Positions 37,387 through 47,365 of a stretch of DNA of 64,000 bases are shown in pieces. The number at the start of each line of letters is the position of its first letter. Position 1 is the stretch's first letter. A program made the translations under genes and the position numbers. The DNA is taken from IMG/VR virus record IMGVR_UViG_3300044629_000131, positions 1 to 64,000 of that record; one strand, written 5' to 3'. This stretch comes from a virus. The notes beneath the pieces were generated by a model. The model had not been told where the DNA came from, ran no database searches, and saw only the letters and a list, made by a program, of their open reading frames with translations.

Positions 37387-39570
37387 ATGGCAAGTCAAGT
37401 CTCGCCTGGTGTTGTTATTAAGGAGCGTGATTTATCCAATGCTGTAGTAACTGGAGCACTCGCTATTCGCGCTGCTTTTGCCACTACATTTCGCACTGGA
37501 CCAGTAGGCAAAGTAATTAACGTCAATTCTGAAAGAGAATTAATTGACACCTTCGGAACACCAGCTGAGGCAAATGCTTCCGATTGGTTAGTGGGAGCAG
37601 AATTCCTACGTTACGGTGGACAATTAGCAGTTCTCCGCGCAGAAACAACCGTAAAGAACGCAACTAAGAGTGGCACTGGAGTTCTAATCGCTGATAAAGA
37701 AGCTTTTGATGCTGGTGTTACAACAGAAAAATTCGCTGCTCGTTACGCAGGAACCGAAGGTAATTACTATCGTGTAGTTATCGTTGATCGTGGTGCTGAT
37801 TACAAAGTAGCAAAAGTAGGTCACGGTCTCTCGGTTGGTGGTACTTTCACAGATAACGCTGGTGTTACTCACGAAGTTTATGACGTTGTTGATAACGACA
37901 ACTTCACAATCGTAAAGGGAAGCGCAGTACCAACATCAATTCCAACAGGAAAAATCCTAACAACCAATTCGGTTAGCGGAACTGCTGCCACTGGATCTGC
38001 TTCATATACTAGCGTTGCTTACACAACTAACAGTGCTGCTGGAACAGGAGCAACATTCAATGTTTCTCGTGCTGGTGGAACTTACACAGTTACAGTTTCT
38101 GGTGGTGGATCTGGTTATGTTGCTGGAGATACTTTCACAATTCTTGGAACTGCTTTAGGTGGAACTTCCCCAACAAACGACTTAACATTCAATGCTGCTA
38201 CCGTTGTTACCGTAGCATCAACGGTTTCCGCATACACCAACTCAGATTGGAACGCAGAACTAATTGGATCAACTGGTCTATCATTCAAGGCAATTGGTCC
38301 TCGTCCTGGTACTTCACCTTGGGCAGCAGAGCGTTATCTTTCATATGATGAAGTTCATGTTGCTGTAATTGACGAAAGAGATAATACTGTTGTTGAGCGT
38401 TTCCCATATCTTTCAAAGATCTCTGATGCTAAGTCACCAGAAGGAAATTCAACATACTGGAAGTCAGCAATCAATGAGTTTTCAAACTACATCTATGCTG
38501 GTCAAGAATTGACTTCTGCTGAAATCACAACTGCTGGTGAAAATCCTGGTGGAACTGCTGCTTCATACGCAGCAACTTCAGGTGCTCCAAAAGAATTGTC
38601 AAGAATTCTTCAAACTGCTGGCGGAACTCTATCAGGTGGTCTTGATGATTATGCTTACACTGCTGGAGAAATTCAAGCAGCATATGATACTTTCCTTGAT
38701 ACAGAAGAAACCCAAATTGACTTTGTTCTAATGGGTGGTTCAATGAGTAATGAAGTTGATACAATTGCTAAGGCACAAGCAGTTGCTGCTGTCGCAAATA
38801 GCAGAAAAGATTGTGTCGCTTTCCTCTCACCATATGTTGGTAATCAGGTAGCTACTTCTGGAGGTGCTGCTATTACAGCATCTACCCAACTTTCAAATAC
38901 CATCGCTTTCTTTGACAACATTGCTTCTAGCTCCTATGTTGTTTTAGATAGTGGTATCAAATACACCTATGATCGTTTCAACGATAAGTATCGTTACATC
39001 GGTTGTAACGGTGATGTTGCTGGACTTTGTGTTTCAACCTCGGCAATTCTAGATGACTGGTTCTCACCAGCTGGTCTAAATCGTGGGGGTGTTCAAAATG
39101 TTGTGAAGCTTGCTTTCAATCCAAACAAAGCAGCAAGAGATGATCTCTACAGCAACAGAATTAACCCAATCGTTTCACTTCCTGGTTCTGGTCCTGTTCT
39201 CTTTGGAGACAAGACTGGTCTTGCTTCACCTTCCGCATTTGATAGAATTAACGTTCGTCGTTTGTTCCTCAATGTTGAGAAGAGAGCAAAAGCACTTGCT
39301 GAAGGAGTACTCTTTGAGCAAAACGATAGCACCACTCGTTCAAACTTCACCGCTTCAATTTCTTCTTACTTAGCAGAAGTTCAAGCACGTAGAGGTGTCA
39401 CTGACTTCCTTGTTGTTTGCGATGAAACAAACAATACCCCAGAAGTCATTGATAGAAATGAGTTTGTGGCTGAACTCTACCTCAAGCCAACCCGCTCAAT
39501 CAACTATGTAACGGTTACCGTAACGGCAACCAGAACGGGCGTTTCCTTCTCGGAAGTCGTTGGTAGATAA
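37387..39570 (+). CDS. gp18: Tail sheath gp18
   Basis: SPGVVIKERD, WFSPAGLNRG, SAFDRINVRRLF, FLVVCDETNNTPEVIDRNEF. CTAAATA at 37345. Confidence 0.97.
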   Translation: MASQVSPGVVIKERDLSNAVVTGALAIRAAFATTFRTGPVGKVINVNSERELIDTFGTPAEANASDWLVGAEFLRYGGQLAVLRAETTVKNATKSGTGVLIADKEAFDAGVTTEKFAARYAGTEGNYYRVVIVDRGADYKVAKVGHGLSVGGTFTDNAGVTHEVYDVVDNDNFTIVKGSAVPTSIPTGKILTTNSVSGTAATGSASYTSVAYTTNSAAGTGATFNVSRAGGTYTVTVSGGGSGYVAGDTFTILGTALGGTSPTNDLTFNAATVVTVASTVSAYTNSDWNAELIGSTGLSFKAIGPRPGTSPWAAERYLSYDEVHVAVIDERDNTVVERFPYLSKISDAKSPEGNSTYWKSAINEFSNYIYAGQELTSAEITTAGENPGGTAASYAATSGAPKELSRILQTAGGTLSGGLDDYAYTAGEIQAAYDTFLDTEETQIDFVLMGGSMSNEVDTIAKAQAVAAVANSRKDCVAFLSPYVGNQVATSGGAAITASTQLSNTIAFFDNIASSSYVVLDSGIKYTYDRFNDKYRYIGCNGDVAGLCVSTSAILDDWFSPAGLNRGGVQNVVKLAFNPNKAARDDLYSNRINPIVSLPGSGPVLFGDKTGLASPSAFDRINVRRLFLNVEKRAKALAEGVLFEQNDSTTRSNFTASISSYLAEVQARRGVTDFLVVCDETNNTPEVIDRNEFVAELYLKPTRSINYVTVTVTATRTGVSFSEVVGR

Positions 39571-39607
39571 TTAGTAGTATAAGAAAAAATCACAGAGGTA
39601 ACCACTA

Positions 39608-40195
39608 ATGGCATCGTCAAACGTAAGTCAGTTCCTACAAACTATCGGTCAGGGCGTGAAGCCCAACATGTTCCTGATTGATGTTCAGTTTCCTGCCACG
39701 CTATCAAAGCAGTCAGAAGATCAAAATCTTACAAATCTACTTTGTAAGTCAGCAGCACTCCCAGGTTCAAACCTAGGTGTTATCGAAGTTCCTTTCCGTG
39801 GAAGAACAGTTAAGATCGCAGGTGATCGCACCTTTGATACTTGGACTGCCACCTTCTTCAACGATAAGGACTTCAAACTACGCTCATTCTTTGAGCAGTG
39901 GGCAAATAGCATCAACACTCACGAGGGCAACACTGCTCCTCTCTTTACTCCAAACAATTCGTCTGGTTATATGGCTGACCTTGGAGTTAAGCAACTAGAG
40001 AAAGATGCTAGCGAAGAAGGTGCTATCTTGAGAACATACTCACTCAAGTATTGCTTCCCAACCAATGTTTCTCAAATTGATGTTGCTTATGATAGCAATG
40101 ATCAAATTGAAGAATTCACAGTTGAGTTCCAATATTCGTACTTCACTGCCGAGGCAGGAACCAGACAGGGCGTATCTTCACTCCCAGTAGTCTGA
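39608..40195 (+). CDS. gp19: Tail tube gp19
   Basis: CKSAALPGS.LG.IEVPFRGR.VKIAGDRTFDTW, IEEFTVEF. Confidence 0.97.
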   Translation: MASSNVSQFLQTIGQGVKPNMFLIDVQFPATLSKQSEDQNLTNLLCKSAALPGSNLGVIEVPFRGRTVKIAGDRTFDTWTATFFNDKDFKLRSFFEQWANSINTHEGNTAPLFTPNNSSGYMADLGVKQLEKDASEEGAILRTYSLKYCFPTNVSQIDVAYDSNDQIEEFTVEFQYSYFTAEAGTRQGVSSLPVV

Positions 40196-40230
40196 TAAAT
40201 AGTTGGAAGCAGTAATTTGAATATCTAATC

Positions 40231-41940
40231 ATGAGTCAACTATTTGGCTTCCAAATTAATCGAAAGGAGGCACAGAAGGGTCAGTCCCCTGTGCCTCCTT
40301 CTGCTGACGAACCGATTGCGGTTGCGGCAGGTGGTTATTATGGAACATATGTAGAAACGGATAATGCTTCTCAAGCTCGTAATGAGTTTGAGTTGATCCG
40401 TCGTTATCGTGACATGGCACTTCACCCAGAAGTTGATAGTGCTATTGATGAAGTTGTGAATGAATTTGTAGTAAGTGATGCTAACGATAGTCCAGTAGAA
40501 ATCAACTTAGATAATCTAGATGTTGGATCTGGAGTAAAAAATAAAATTAGAAATGAATTTGATTATATCAAAAGACTTTTAAATTTTGATAATCGCGCAC
40601 ATGAGATTGTGCGTAACTGGTATATTGATGGTAGAGTATTCTACCACAAAGTAATTGATCTAGACAACCCAAAGAAAGGTATTACGGAACTTCGTTATAT
40701 TGATCCGATGAAGATCAAGAAGGTTCGTCAAAAGATTGATGATAAACCAAAAGATTCTCTTGCTCGTGCTGCCATCAAAGGAACAGCACTTGAGTATGAG
40801 TACGGAACATTTGTAGATTATTATTTGTTCAATCCAAAAGGTTTCTATCAAGGTGGTGTCCTAGGACCAATTGGTGACATGTCACTTTCACAAGGAGTGA
40901 AGATGGCAGTTGATAGCGTCACCTTTATTCCTTCTGGACTACAAGATCTCAATAAGCGTATGACGCTGAGCTTCCTCCATAAGGCAATCAAATCTCTCAA
41001 TCAGCTGAGAATGATTGAAGATAGTTTGGTAATCTACAGATTGTCACGCGCACCAGAACGTAGAATTTTTTATATTGATGTAGGCAATCTTCCAAAGGTA
41101 AAAGCAGAGCAATACCTCCGCGATGTAATGTCTCGTTACAGAAATAAACTTGTATATGATTCTTCAACTGGAGAGATGCGTGATGATAAAAAGCATATGT
41201 CTATGCTTGAAGATTTCTGGTTACCTCGTCGTGAAGGCGGTAGAGGAACTGAGATCACTACACTCCCAGGCGGTCAAAACCTTGGCGAACTCAAGGACGT
41301 TGAGTATTTCAAAAAGAAACTTTACAACTCACTAAACCTACCACCTTCCCGCCTTACGGATGACAACAAAGGGTTTAATCTTGGTAAGACCACAGAGGTT
41401 CTCAGGGATGAACTCAAATTTGCTAAGTTCATCGGTCGTCTCCGCAAGCGTTTCAGCGAACTATTCCAGGATATTCTCAAGACACAACTAATTCTCAAGG
41501 GTATCATCTCACCAGAAGATTGGGATGATATGAAAGAGCATATCCAATACGACTTCTTATTTGATAATCATTTCAACGAACTGAAAGAAATTGAAATGAT
41601 GACACAGCGTATTGCTATTGTCACACAGATGGATCCTTTTGCTGGCAAATACTTCTCTGTTGAATATATCCGTAAGCATATCCTCAATCAAACTGAAAAA
41701 GAATTCAAGGAAATTGATAAGCAGATGAAGGGAGAGATCGCATCTGGTCTTGCGATTGATCCAGCACAGACAAATATGCTGGATACTATGTCACAGCAAA
41801 ACACAGCATTTAGTCCAGAAATTTCAAATATTCAGGCACAAGATAGTGCTGCTAGAGAGCAAGAAGCTGCGGACGCAAATCTAGATCGAGAGATGGAAAA
41901 GATGAAGGCGCAACCTAAACCTACGCCAAAGTCTAAATAA
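40231..41940 (+). CDS. gp20: Portal protein gp20
   Basis: IYRLSRAPERRIFYIDVGNLP, EDFWLPRREGGRGTEITTLPGG. ATAAATA at 40195. Confidence 0.98.
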   Translation: MSQLFGFQINRKEAQKGQSPVPPSADEPIAVAAGGYYGTYVETDNASQARNEFELIRRYRDMALHPEVDSAIDEVVNEFVVSDANDSPVEINLDNLDVGSGVKNKIRNEFDYIKRLLNFDNRAHEIVRNWYIDGRVFYHKVIDLDNPKKGITELRYIDPMKIKKVRQKIDDKPKDSLARAAIKGTALEYEYGTFVDYYLFNPKGFYQGGVLGPIGDMSLSQGVKMAVDSVTFIPSGLQDLNKRMTLSFLHKAIKSLNQLRMIEDSLVIYRLSRAPERRIFYIDVGNLPKVKAEQYLRDVMSRYRNKLVYDSSTGEMRDDKKHMSMLEDFWLPRREGGRGTEITTLPGGQNLGELKDVEYFKKKLYNSLNLPPSRLTDDNKGFNLGKTTEVLRDELKFAKFIGRLRKRFSELFQDILKTQLILKGIISPEDWDDMKEHIQYDFLFDNHFNELKEIEMMTQRIAIVTQMDPFAGKYFSVEYIRKHILNQTEKEFKEIDKQMKGEIASGLAIDPAQTNMLDTMSQQNTAFSPEISNIQAQDSAAREQEAADANLDREMEKMKAQPKPTPKSK

Positions 41941-41959
41941 AATATATTGTTATCTTATC

Positions 41960-42169
41960 ATGACTGAAACTAATAACGAAATGGGTGCCGTTGATATTGT
42001 TGGCAAGATCAGCGATAACGACAGAGCATCTGCGATTGACGCAATCCACGACATGCTATTTGCTAAAGCATCTGATGCTATGGCGCAATATAAGCAAGTA
42101 GTGGCAAACACATTCTTTGACGAACCAACCGAAACCGAAACCGATGAAACTGATAACGGAACAGATTGA
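41960..42169 (+). CDS. Small acidic prohead core-like protein
   Basis: Lies between gp20 and gp21, the T4 gp67/68 position. Acidic; CTAAATA at 41933. Confidence 0.7.
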   Translation: MTETNNEMGAVDIVGKISDNDRASAIDAIHDMLFAKASDAMAQYKQVVANTFFDEPTETETDETDNGTD

Positions 42170-42788
42170 GGACGTAAAAGTTCTCACAGAAGAAAAGAAC
42201 GGAAAGAAACTTCTTTATATTGAAGGAGTTTTTCTTCAGTCTGAACTCAAGAACCGCAACGGTCGTATGTATCCTTTCGATGTTCTCAACCGCGAGGTTC
42301 AGAGATACAACGAAGAATATGTAAAGTCAAAGAGAGCTCTTGGAGAACTAGGACACCCAGACGGTCCTACTATCAATCTTGATAGAGTGTCACATAGAAT
42401 TGTTGAACTCCGCGCAGAAGGACACAACTTCTATGGCAAGGCACAAATTCTAGATACTCCCATGGGACAGATTGCTAAGTCACTTCTTGGTGAAGGAGTA
42501 CAACTTGGTGTTTCTTCTCGTGGCATGGGAAGTATTGACAAGAGAGAGGATATCTCGATTGTCCGCGATGACTTCTTCCTAACCACCGCTGCTGATATTG
42601 TAGCAGATCCTTCCGCACCAGATGCTTTTGTAAATGGCATCATGGAAGGAAAAGAGTGGATTTGGGACAACGGAATTCTAAAGGAAGCGAAAGTAGATAA
42701 ATATCGCAAGTATATTGATGAGGCAACTCGTCAAAATATGGAAGCGAGAACGCTCAAAGTGTTTGAGCATTTTCTCTCAAATCTTTGA
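42144..42788 (+). CDS. gp21: Prohead protease gp21
   Basis: MKLITE, NRNGRMYP, ALGELGHP, GVSSRGMGS, ADIVADPSAPDAFV. Confidence 0.97.
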   Translation: MKLITEQIEDVKVLTEEKNGKKLLYIEGVFLQSELKNRNGRMYPFDVLNREVQRYNEEYVKSKRALGELGHPDGPTINLDRVSHRIVELRAEGHNFYGKAQILDTPMGQIAKSLLGEGVQLGVSSRGMGSIDKREDISIVRDDFFLTTAADIVADPSAPDAFVNGIMEGKEWIWDNGILKEAKVDKYRKYIDEATRQNMEARTLKVFEHFLSNL

Positions 42789-42839
42789 TTTCATAAATAA
42801 ACTTAGAATAATTATACGGAAATTACGAGGTAAACTCAA

Positions 42840-44000
42840 ATGTCAGATATGCTAAACGAAAAGTTTGAAGAGTTCGTTACCGAGCAAAAGGTGATTCTTG
42901 AAGCTGGCGATCCTATGCCAACTGTTCAAGCTTCTGTAATTCCTGGCTCTGGAAGCGACCCTTCACAGGTTTCTGACGTTCAGACTGCGAAGGCTGGCGG
43001 CAAAGATCCTGCTCCTACCGTCCAACCTTCTGTTGCGATCGGTCAATCAGCTCCTGCTGATCTAGGCGGTTCAACCTCCGCGCCTCTTCATTCTAATGAC
43101 GAAGATGGTGAAGAGAACCCAGGTGCGAAAGCAGCAGCACCTATCTCGCAAATTTCTGGTGATCCTCAGTTCGCAGCAAAGAAAGATGCTGGCGATCAAG
43201 GAACTCAACCAACAGTAAATGTTGCCGCAGCATACGGCATCACTAAGATGGGCGGAAATGTCACTTATCCAATTAAAGCTGGATTTGAAATTGACATGAC
43301 CGACGACGTAAATGCTCTCCTTGAGGGCACCGAACTCTCAGAAGAGTTTGCTGAGAAAGCAAAGACAATCTTTGAAGCAGCAGTAACAGCAAAACTCAAC
43401 TCAGAGTATGACAAGCTTGTAGAGCACTTTGCCAACGAACTAGATAAGCAAGTTGAAGCAATCAAGAACGAACTTGCTGAAGAAGTTAATGGCACCGTGA
43501 CCTACGCCATCGGTCAATGGATGGAAGAGAACCAAGTAGCTATTGACCGTGGTATCAGAAATGAGATTACCGAAGACTTCATCGCAGGTCTTAAGGGTCT
43601 CTTTGAAGAGCACTACATTTCGATCCCCGACGACAAGGTTGATGTGGTCGAAGGTATGGCTGAATCAATTCGTGAAATGGAAGAGCGCCTCGACGAACAG
43701 GTTAAGGCTAATGTGAAACTACAAAATCGTCTGAATGAGACTGCCAAAATCAACATTCTGAACACTGTTTCGGAAGGACTAGCAGATACTCAGAAAGAAA
43801 AACTAGCAGCACTTGCTGAAGGTCTAGAGTTTGTCTCAGAAGAGTCATTCGCCGCGAAGGTAAAAACCATCAAGGAGTCTTACTTTAAAGAGTCAATCGC
43901 TACCCCAGTAGAGACTGTAGATGAAACTCCAGTAGAGGGTCAGGAAGTATCACCAGCAATGGCAGCATACCTCCAAGCACTCAACCGCTGGGGTAACTGA
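42840..44000 (+). CDS. gp22: Prohead scaffold gp22
   Basis: LSEEFAEKAKTIFEAAV, FIAGLKGLFEEHYI, IKESYF. ATAAATA at 42793. Confidence 0.95.
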   Translation: MSDMLNEKFEEFVTEQKVILEAGDPMPTVQASVIPGSGSDPSQVSDVQTAKAGGKDPAPTVQPSVAIGQSAPADLGGSTSAPLHSNDEDGEENPGAKAAAPISQISGDPQFAAKKDAGDQGTQPTVNVAAAYGITKMGGNVTYPIKAGFEIDMTDDVNALLEGTELSEEFAEKAKTIFEAAVTAKLNSEYDKLVEHFANELDKQVEAIKNELAEEVNGTVTYAIGQWMEENQVAIDRGIRNEITEDFIAGLKGLFEEHYISIPDDKVDVVEGMAESIREMEERLDEQVKANVKLQNRLNETAKINILNTVSEGLADTQKEKLAALAEGLEFVSEESFAAKVKTIKESYFKESIATPVETVDETPVEGQEVSPAMAAYLQALNRWGN

Positions 44001-44038
44001 TAATTCGTTAACACCTATTTTTCAAACGGAGCAAACAA

Positions 44039-45466
44039 ATGTTTAACGCACAAGCTCTAACCGAAAAGTGGTCACCTGTTCTAGGTCATGAAGGCGCTGG
44101 CGCTATCAAGGACAATTATAGAAAGGCTGTTACCGCTGTTCTGTTAGAAAACACAGAAAAGGCACTACGCGAAGAGCGTGGTATGATCAACGAAGCATCC
44201 AACACAGTTGGTGCTATTGGTTCCAACGCACTTTCGGGTAGCGCACTAGGAACCCAAACTGGTGGTCTCGCAGGTTTCGATCCTGTTATGATCTCCCTAA
44301 TCCGCAGAGCAATGCCTAACCTCGTTGCTTATGACATCTGCGGTGTTCAACCAATGAGCGGTCCTACTGGACTAATCTTTGCGATGAAGTATCACTATCA
44401 AGAAAATGGTTCAGCTCTTCGTGCTGGTCCAGAAGCTCTCTACAACGAGCCTGATAGCAACTTCTCTGCTTCTTCAACTGGTGCTGGTGTATATAACCAG
44501 ACCAACGCTGCTGGTGGCGATGACACCCACCCAAGAGGCGATGGTGGCACTACTGATGCTAACCCTGGTCTCCTAAATGACAGCGGCACTTATGAGCGCG
44601 GTTCAACTGCTATTCCTCGTGAGACTGCTGAAATTCTAGGTTCAGGCGCTGGTGCTCTCTTCAACGAAATGAGCTTCAGCATCGAGAAGACTTCGGTACA
44701 AGCACGTACCAGAGCACTCAAGGCTGAGTACACTCTAGAACTCGCACAAGACCTTAAGGCAATCCACGGTCTTGATGCTGAGCAGGAACTTGCTAACCTA
44801 CTCTCCAGCGAAATCCTTGCTGAGATCAACCGTGAAGTTGTAAGAACCGTTTATACCGTTGCTAAGCCTGGTGCTCAGAACAACGTTGCTAACGCTGGTA
44901 TCTTCGACCTCGACGTTGACTCAAACGGTCGCTGGTCAGTTGAGAAGTTCAAGGGTCTCATGTTCCAAGTTGAGCGCGATGCTAACGCTATTGCTCAGCA
45001 AACCCGTCGTGGTAAGGGCAACTTCATCATCACTTCTGCTGATGTTGCTTCTGCTCTCGCTATGAGCGGCACCCTTGATTATTCTTCAGGTCTATCAGGC
45101 GCTGGTGGTCCTTCCATCGGTGAAGTTGATGACACTGGCAACCTCCTAGTAGGAACCATGAACGGTCGTATCAAGGTCTATGTTGATCCTTATTCGGCAA
45201 ACGTTTCCAGCAACCACTACTACGTTGTTGGTTATAAGGGTTCTTCACCATATGACGCAGGACTATTCTACTGCCCATATGTTCCCCTCCAGATGCTACG
45301 CAGCATTGATCCTAACACCTTCCAACCTAAGATTGGCTTTAAGACCCGTTACGGAATGGTTGCTAACCCATTTGTCACCCAGTCAAATGGAACCCCAGAT
45401 GCTGAGACCCTCACAGCAAACCGCAACCAGTACTACAGAAGAGTACTTGTTAAGAACCTCATGTGA
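44039..45466 (+). CDS. gp23: Major capsid protein gp23
   Basis: LIRRAMPNL.AYDICGVQPM.GPTGLIFAM, RALKAEYTLELAQDLKA.HGLDAE, FQPKIGFKTRYG. Confidence 0.99.
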   Translation: MFNAQALTEKWSPVLGHEGAGAIKDNYRKAVTAVLLENTEKALREERGMINEASNTVGAIGSNALSGSALGTQTGGLAGFDPVMISLIRRAMPNLVAYDICGVQPMSGPTGLIFAMKYHYQENGSALRAGPEALYNEPDSNFSASSTGAGVYNQTNAAGGDDTHPRGDGGTTDANPGLLNDSGTYERGSTAIPRETAEILGSGAGALFNEMSFSIEKTSVQARTRALKAEYTLELAQDLKAIHGLDAEQELANLLSSEILAEINREVVRTVYTVAKPGAQNNVANAGIFDLDVDSNGRWSVEKFKGLMFQVERDANAIAQQTRRGKGNFIITSADVASALAMSGTLDYSSGLSGAGGPSIGEVDDTGNLLVGTMNGRIKVYVDPYSANVSSNHYYVVGYKGSSPYDAGLFYCPYVPLQMLRSIDPNTFQPKIGFKTRYGMVANPFVTQSNGTPDAETLTANRNQYYRRVLVKNLM

Positions 45467-45488
45467 TCCATTCACAATTCAACACACA

Positions 45489-45514
45489 GGGGACCCGAAA
45501 GGGTCCTTTTTTTT
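45489..45514 (+). terminator. Intrinsic terminator after gp23
   Basis: ggaccc-GAAA-gggtcc followed by T8. Confidence 0.9.
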
Positions 45515-45544
45515 GTAAATAGTAAATAGCATTTTTGTTACGTT

Positions 45545-45709
45545 ATGCCAAGAGGAATGATGAGTAAGGTTGACATGCTCGCAAGAGTATATAAAATGAA
45601 GACAGCATTACATGATGGTATTTTTGCTGATAGAGGTAAGGATTGGAATGATGGTGCTAATTACACTTTAGATAGAATTTTAGACATTCTAAACGAATAT
45701 CACAAATGA
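45545..45709 (+). CDS. 54-aa hypothetical protein (not in the ORF track)
   Basis: MPRGMMSKVDMLARVYKMK...LDRILDILNEYHK; ATGA overlap with the next ORF. Confidence 0.65.
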   Translation: MPRGMMSKVDMLARVYKMKTALHDGIFADRGKDWNDGANYTLDRILDILNEYHK

Positions 45710-45891
45710 ATCAATCTTCTATTATATTACTATTATGCTTGTCACCGTTAGCGGTGATCTTTTTAGTTATGAAGGTAGCACTTTGGATAGGAGAAACAGC
45801 ATCATTTGCGGCAAAAACTAAAGAGTTAGAAAAAATGCAGCATGGTCCATATATTGTCTGGGATGAAGAGGAGGAAGATGAATGGTCTTAG
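45706..45891 (+). CDS. Small membrane protein with acidic tail
   Basis: Hydrophobic N-terminus; ends HGPYIVWDEEEEDEWS. Confidence 0.65.
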   Translation: MNQSSIILLLCLSPLAVIFLVMKVALWIGETASFAAKTKELEKMQHGPYIVWDEEEEDEWS

Positions 45892-46052
45892 ATGATTTGT
45901 ATAGAAGAGTAGCAAGAGCAAAAATAAACATCTTGATGGAAGAACCATGCCCAATGTATGAACCAGAATGGGAAAACAATTATGGCACATCGTATGAAAA
46001 AATTATCACCAGAAAAACTAGTAACACAGAAAGAATGTCAGGAGATGATTGA
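45882..46052 (+). CDS. 56-aa hypothetical protein (not in the ORF track)
   Basis: MVLDDLYRRVARAKINILMEEPCPMYE...; GAGGAGGA upstream. Confidence 0.5.
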   Translation: MVLDDLYRRVARAKINILMEEPCPMYEPEWENNYGTSYEKIITRKTSNTERMSGDD

Positions 46053-46200
46053 TGCTGCTATACGACAGCACAATCGAAATGCTTCCATTATTTCTATGTG
46101 CGTTGGTTGGGTGGTTCTTGCTTTATTTGCTGAAGGACTTCTAAGACTTATTGGCGTCATTCCCCCACTACTACCATGGCTCAACATTACCCTGAAATAA
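45982..46200 (+). CDS. Small membrane protein
   Basis: MIDAAIRQHNRNASIISM..GWVVLALFAEGLLRLIGVIPP. Start is uncertain. Confidence 0.65.
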   Translation: MAHRMKKLSPEKLVTQKECQEMIDAAIRQHNRNASIISMCVGWVVLALFAEGLLRLIGVIPPLLPWLNITLK

Positions 46201-46355
46201 TAGGAATAGTTTTGTTGTTAGTGTTTGCTTCAACTATGTTCTATCAAGGAACATGTATCCTCAAAGGAAAACGCGGATATTCTTTGAGAGATTATATGAA
46301 GCAGGAAAGCACTAACATGCGTCACAGAATAGAAGAACTACTCAAGGATAAATAA
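46176..46355 (+). CDS. 59-aa membrane protein (not in the ORF track)
   Basis: MAQHYPEIIGIVLLLVFASTMFYQG...MRHRIEELLKDK. Confidence 0.6.
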   Translation: MAQHYPEIIGIVLLLVFASTMFYQGTCILKGKRGYSLRDYMKQESTNMRHRIEELLKDK

Positions 46356-46376
46356 CTAGTAGCTTGGGAAGTTGAC

Positions 46377-46895
46377 ATGACCGCTGAGTGGTACAAGGAT
46401 CAACCAAGGAATAGGAATTTTCTAAATCCAGTTGGTTATCTTTTGAAATTAGATAAATTTGAAGGAACGGATTTCTTTTGTCAAAGAGCAAACGTTCCTG
46501 ATATCACTATGCCAACAACAGAGTTTGCGACAAGATTTCGCAACCTACCTATTATCCCTGGAGGTGGTGTCACCTTTGGGGATTTTACTGTTCAATTTAT
46601 TGTTGATGAAGATCTAAAGAATTATTATTCAATTCATAAGTGGATGCGTCAGAATGGCAGAGCAGATGATGATGCCGATACTCCACCAAAAGAAGAATAT
46701 AGTAATGCTCAACTACACATTGTAACTTCATCATACAATCCCGCATTTATTGTATCGTTTGAGAATATTTTTCCAGTGTCATTGTCTGGTCTAGAATTCA
46801 ATGCTACAATGACAGATGTAGAATATATTACTGCTGAAGTTACATTTAAGCATCAGCGATTTTTTATCCTTGACAAAAATATGAAACCCCTATGA
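46377..46895 (+). CDS. gp3: Tail tube terminator / completion protein gp3
   Basis: NRNFLNPVG, FFCQRANVP, FIVDEDLKNY..IH.W, FP.SLS.LEF. ATAAATA at 46348. Confidence 0.9.
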   Translation: MTAEWYKDQPRNRNFLNPVGYLLKLDKFEGTDFFCQRANVPDITMPTTEFATRFRNLPIIPGGGVTFGDFTVQFIVDEDLKNYYSIHKWMRQNGRADDDADTPPKEEYSNAQLHIVTSSYNPAFIVSFENIFPVSLSGLEFNATMTDVEYITAEVTFKHQRFFILDKNMKPL

Positions 46896-47365
46896 ATTTT
46901 GAAACTCTTCGTAATAAATTTGATCAACTACGTGAAGAATGGGCAGAAGATAGCGCGGTAGATTTCCAGTTCAAGAACAAACAGTATACCACAGATCTTG
47001 GACAACTTGCGTTAGACATCCCTTTCCAACACAATAAATACTTAAACCATTACACTGATATCTCACAGATCAAAACTTCTCTGGAGTTTGAAATCAGAAA
47101 ACTTGTAAAAGAAAAACGCGAATACTACAGCGGTGAAGCTGATGCTCGTGTTTACGCAGAAAAACCTTTTGGCGGAAGAATTCAAACTTCCGAAAAAATG
47201 AAGACTTACCTAGAGAGTGATGATGAGATTATCAATCTTGAGGCGAAGATCAAGTATCTAGACCAGATGTTGTACTGGTTGGATCAGGTTATGCGACAGA
47301 TTTCAAATAGAGGGTTTCAGATCAAGAGTGCCATTGAATGGGAGAAATTTATTAATGGACAATAA
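46892..47365 (+). CDS. uvsY: Recombination mediator UvsY
   Basis: W..DS, IP..H.KYL, EYYSGEA, I..RGFQIK.AIEW.KF..G. Confidence 0.92.
   Translation: MNFETLRNKFDQLREEWAEDSAVDFQFKNKQYTTDLGQLALDIPFQHNKYLNHYTDISQIKTSLEFEIRKLVKEKREYYSGEADARVYAEKPFGGRIQTSEKMKTYLESDDEIINLEAKIKYLDQMLYWLDQVMRQISNRGFQIKSAIEWEKFINGQ

Noticed and set aside
42121-42155. gaaacc short tandem repeat
   Set aside because: Only 2-3 units, encoding ETETDETD/PKPKP in a gene overlap; not a contingency locus.
46870-46898. TTGACA just before uvsY as a promoter
   Set aside because: No acceptable -10 at 16-18 nt, and it would place the start inside the gene.
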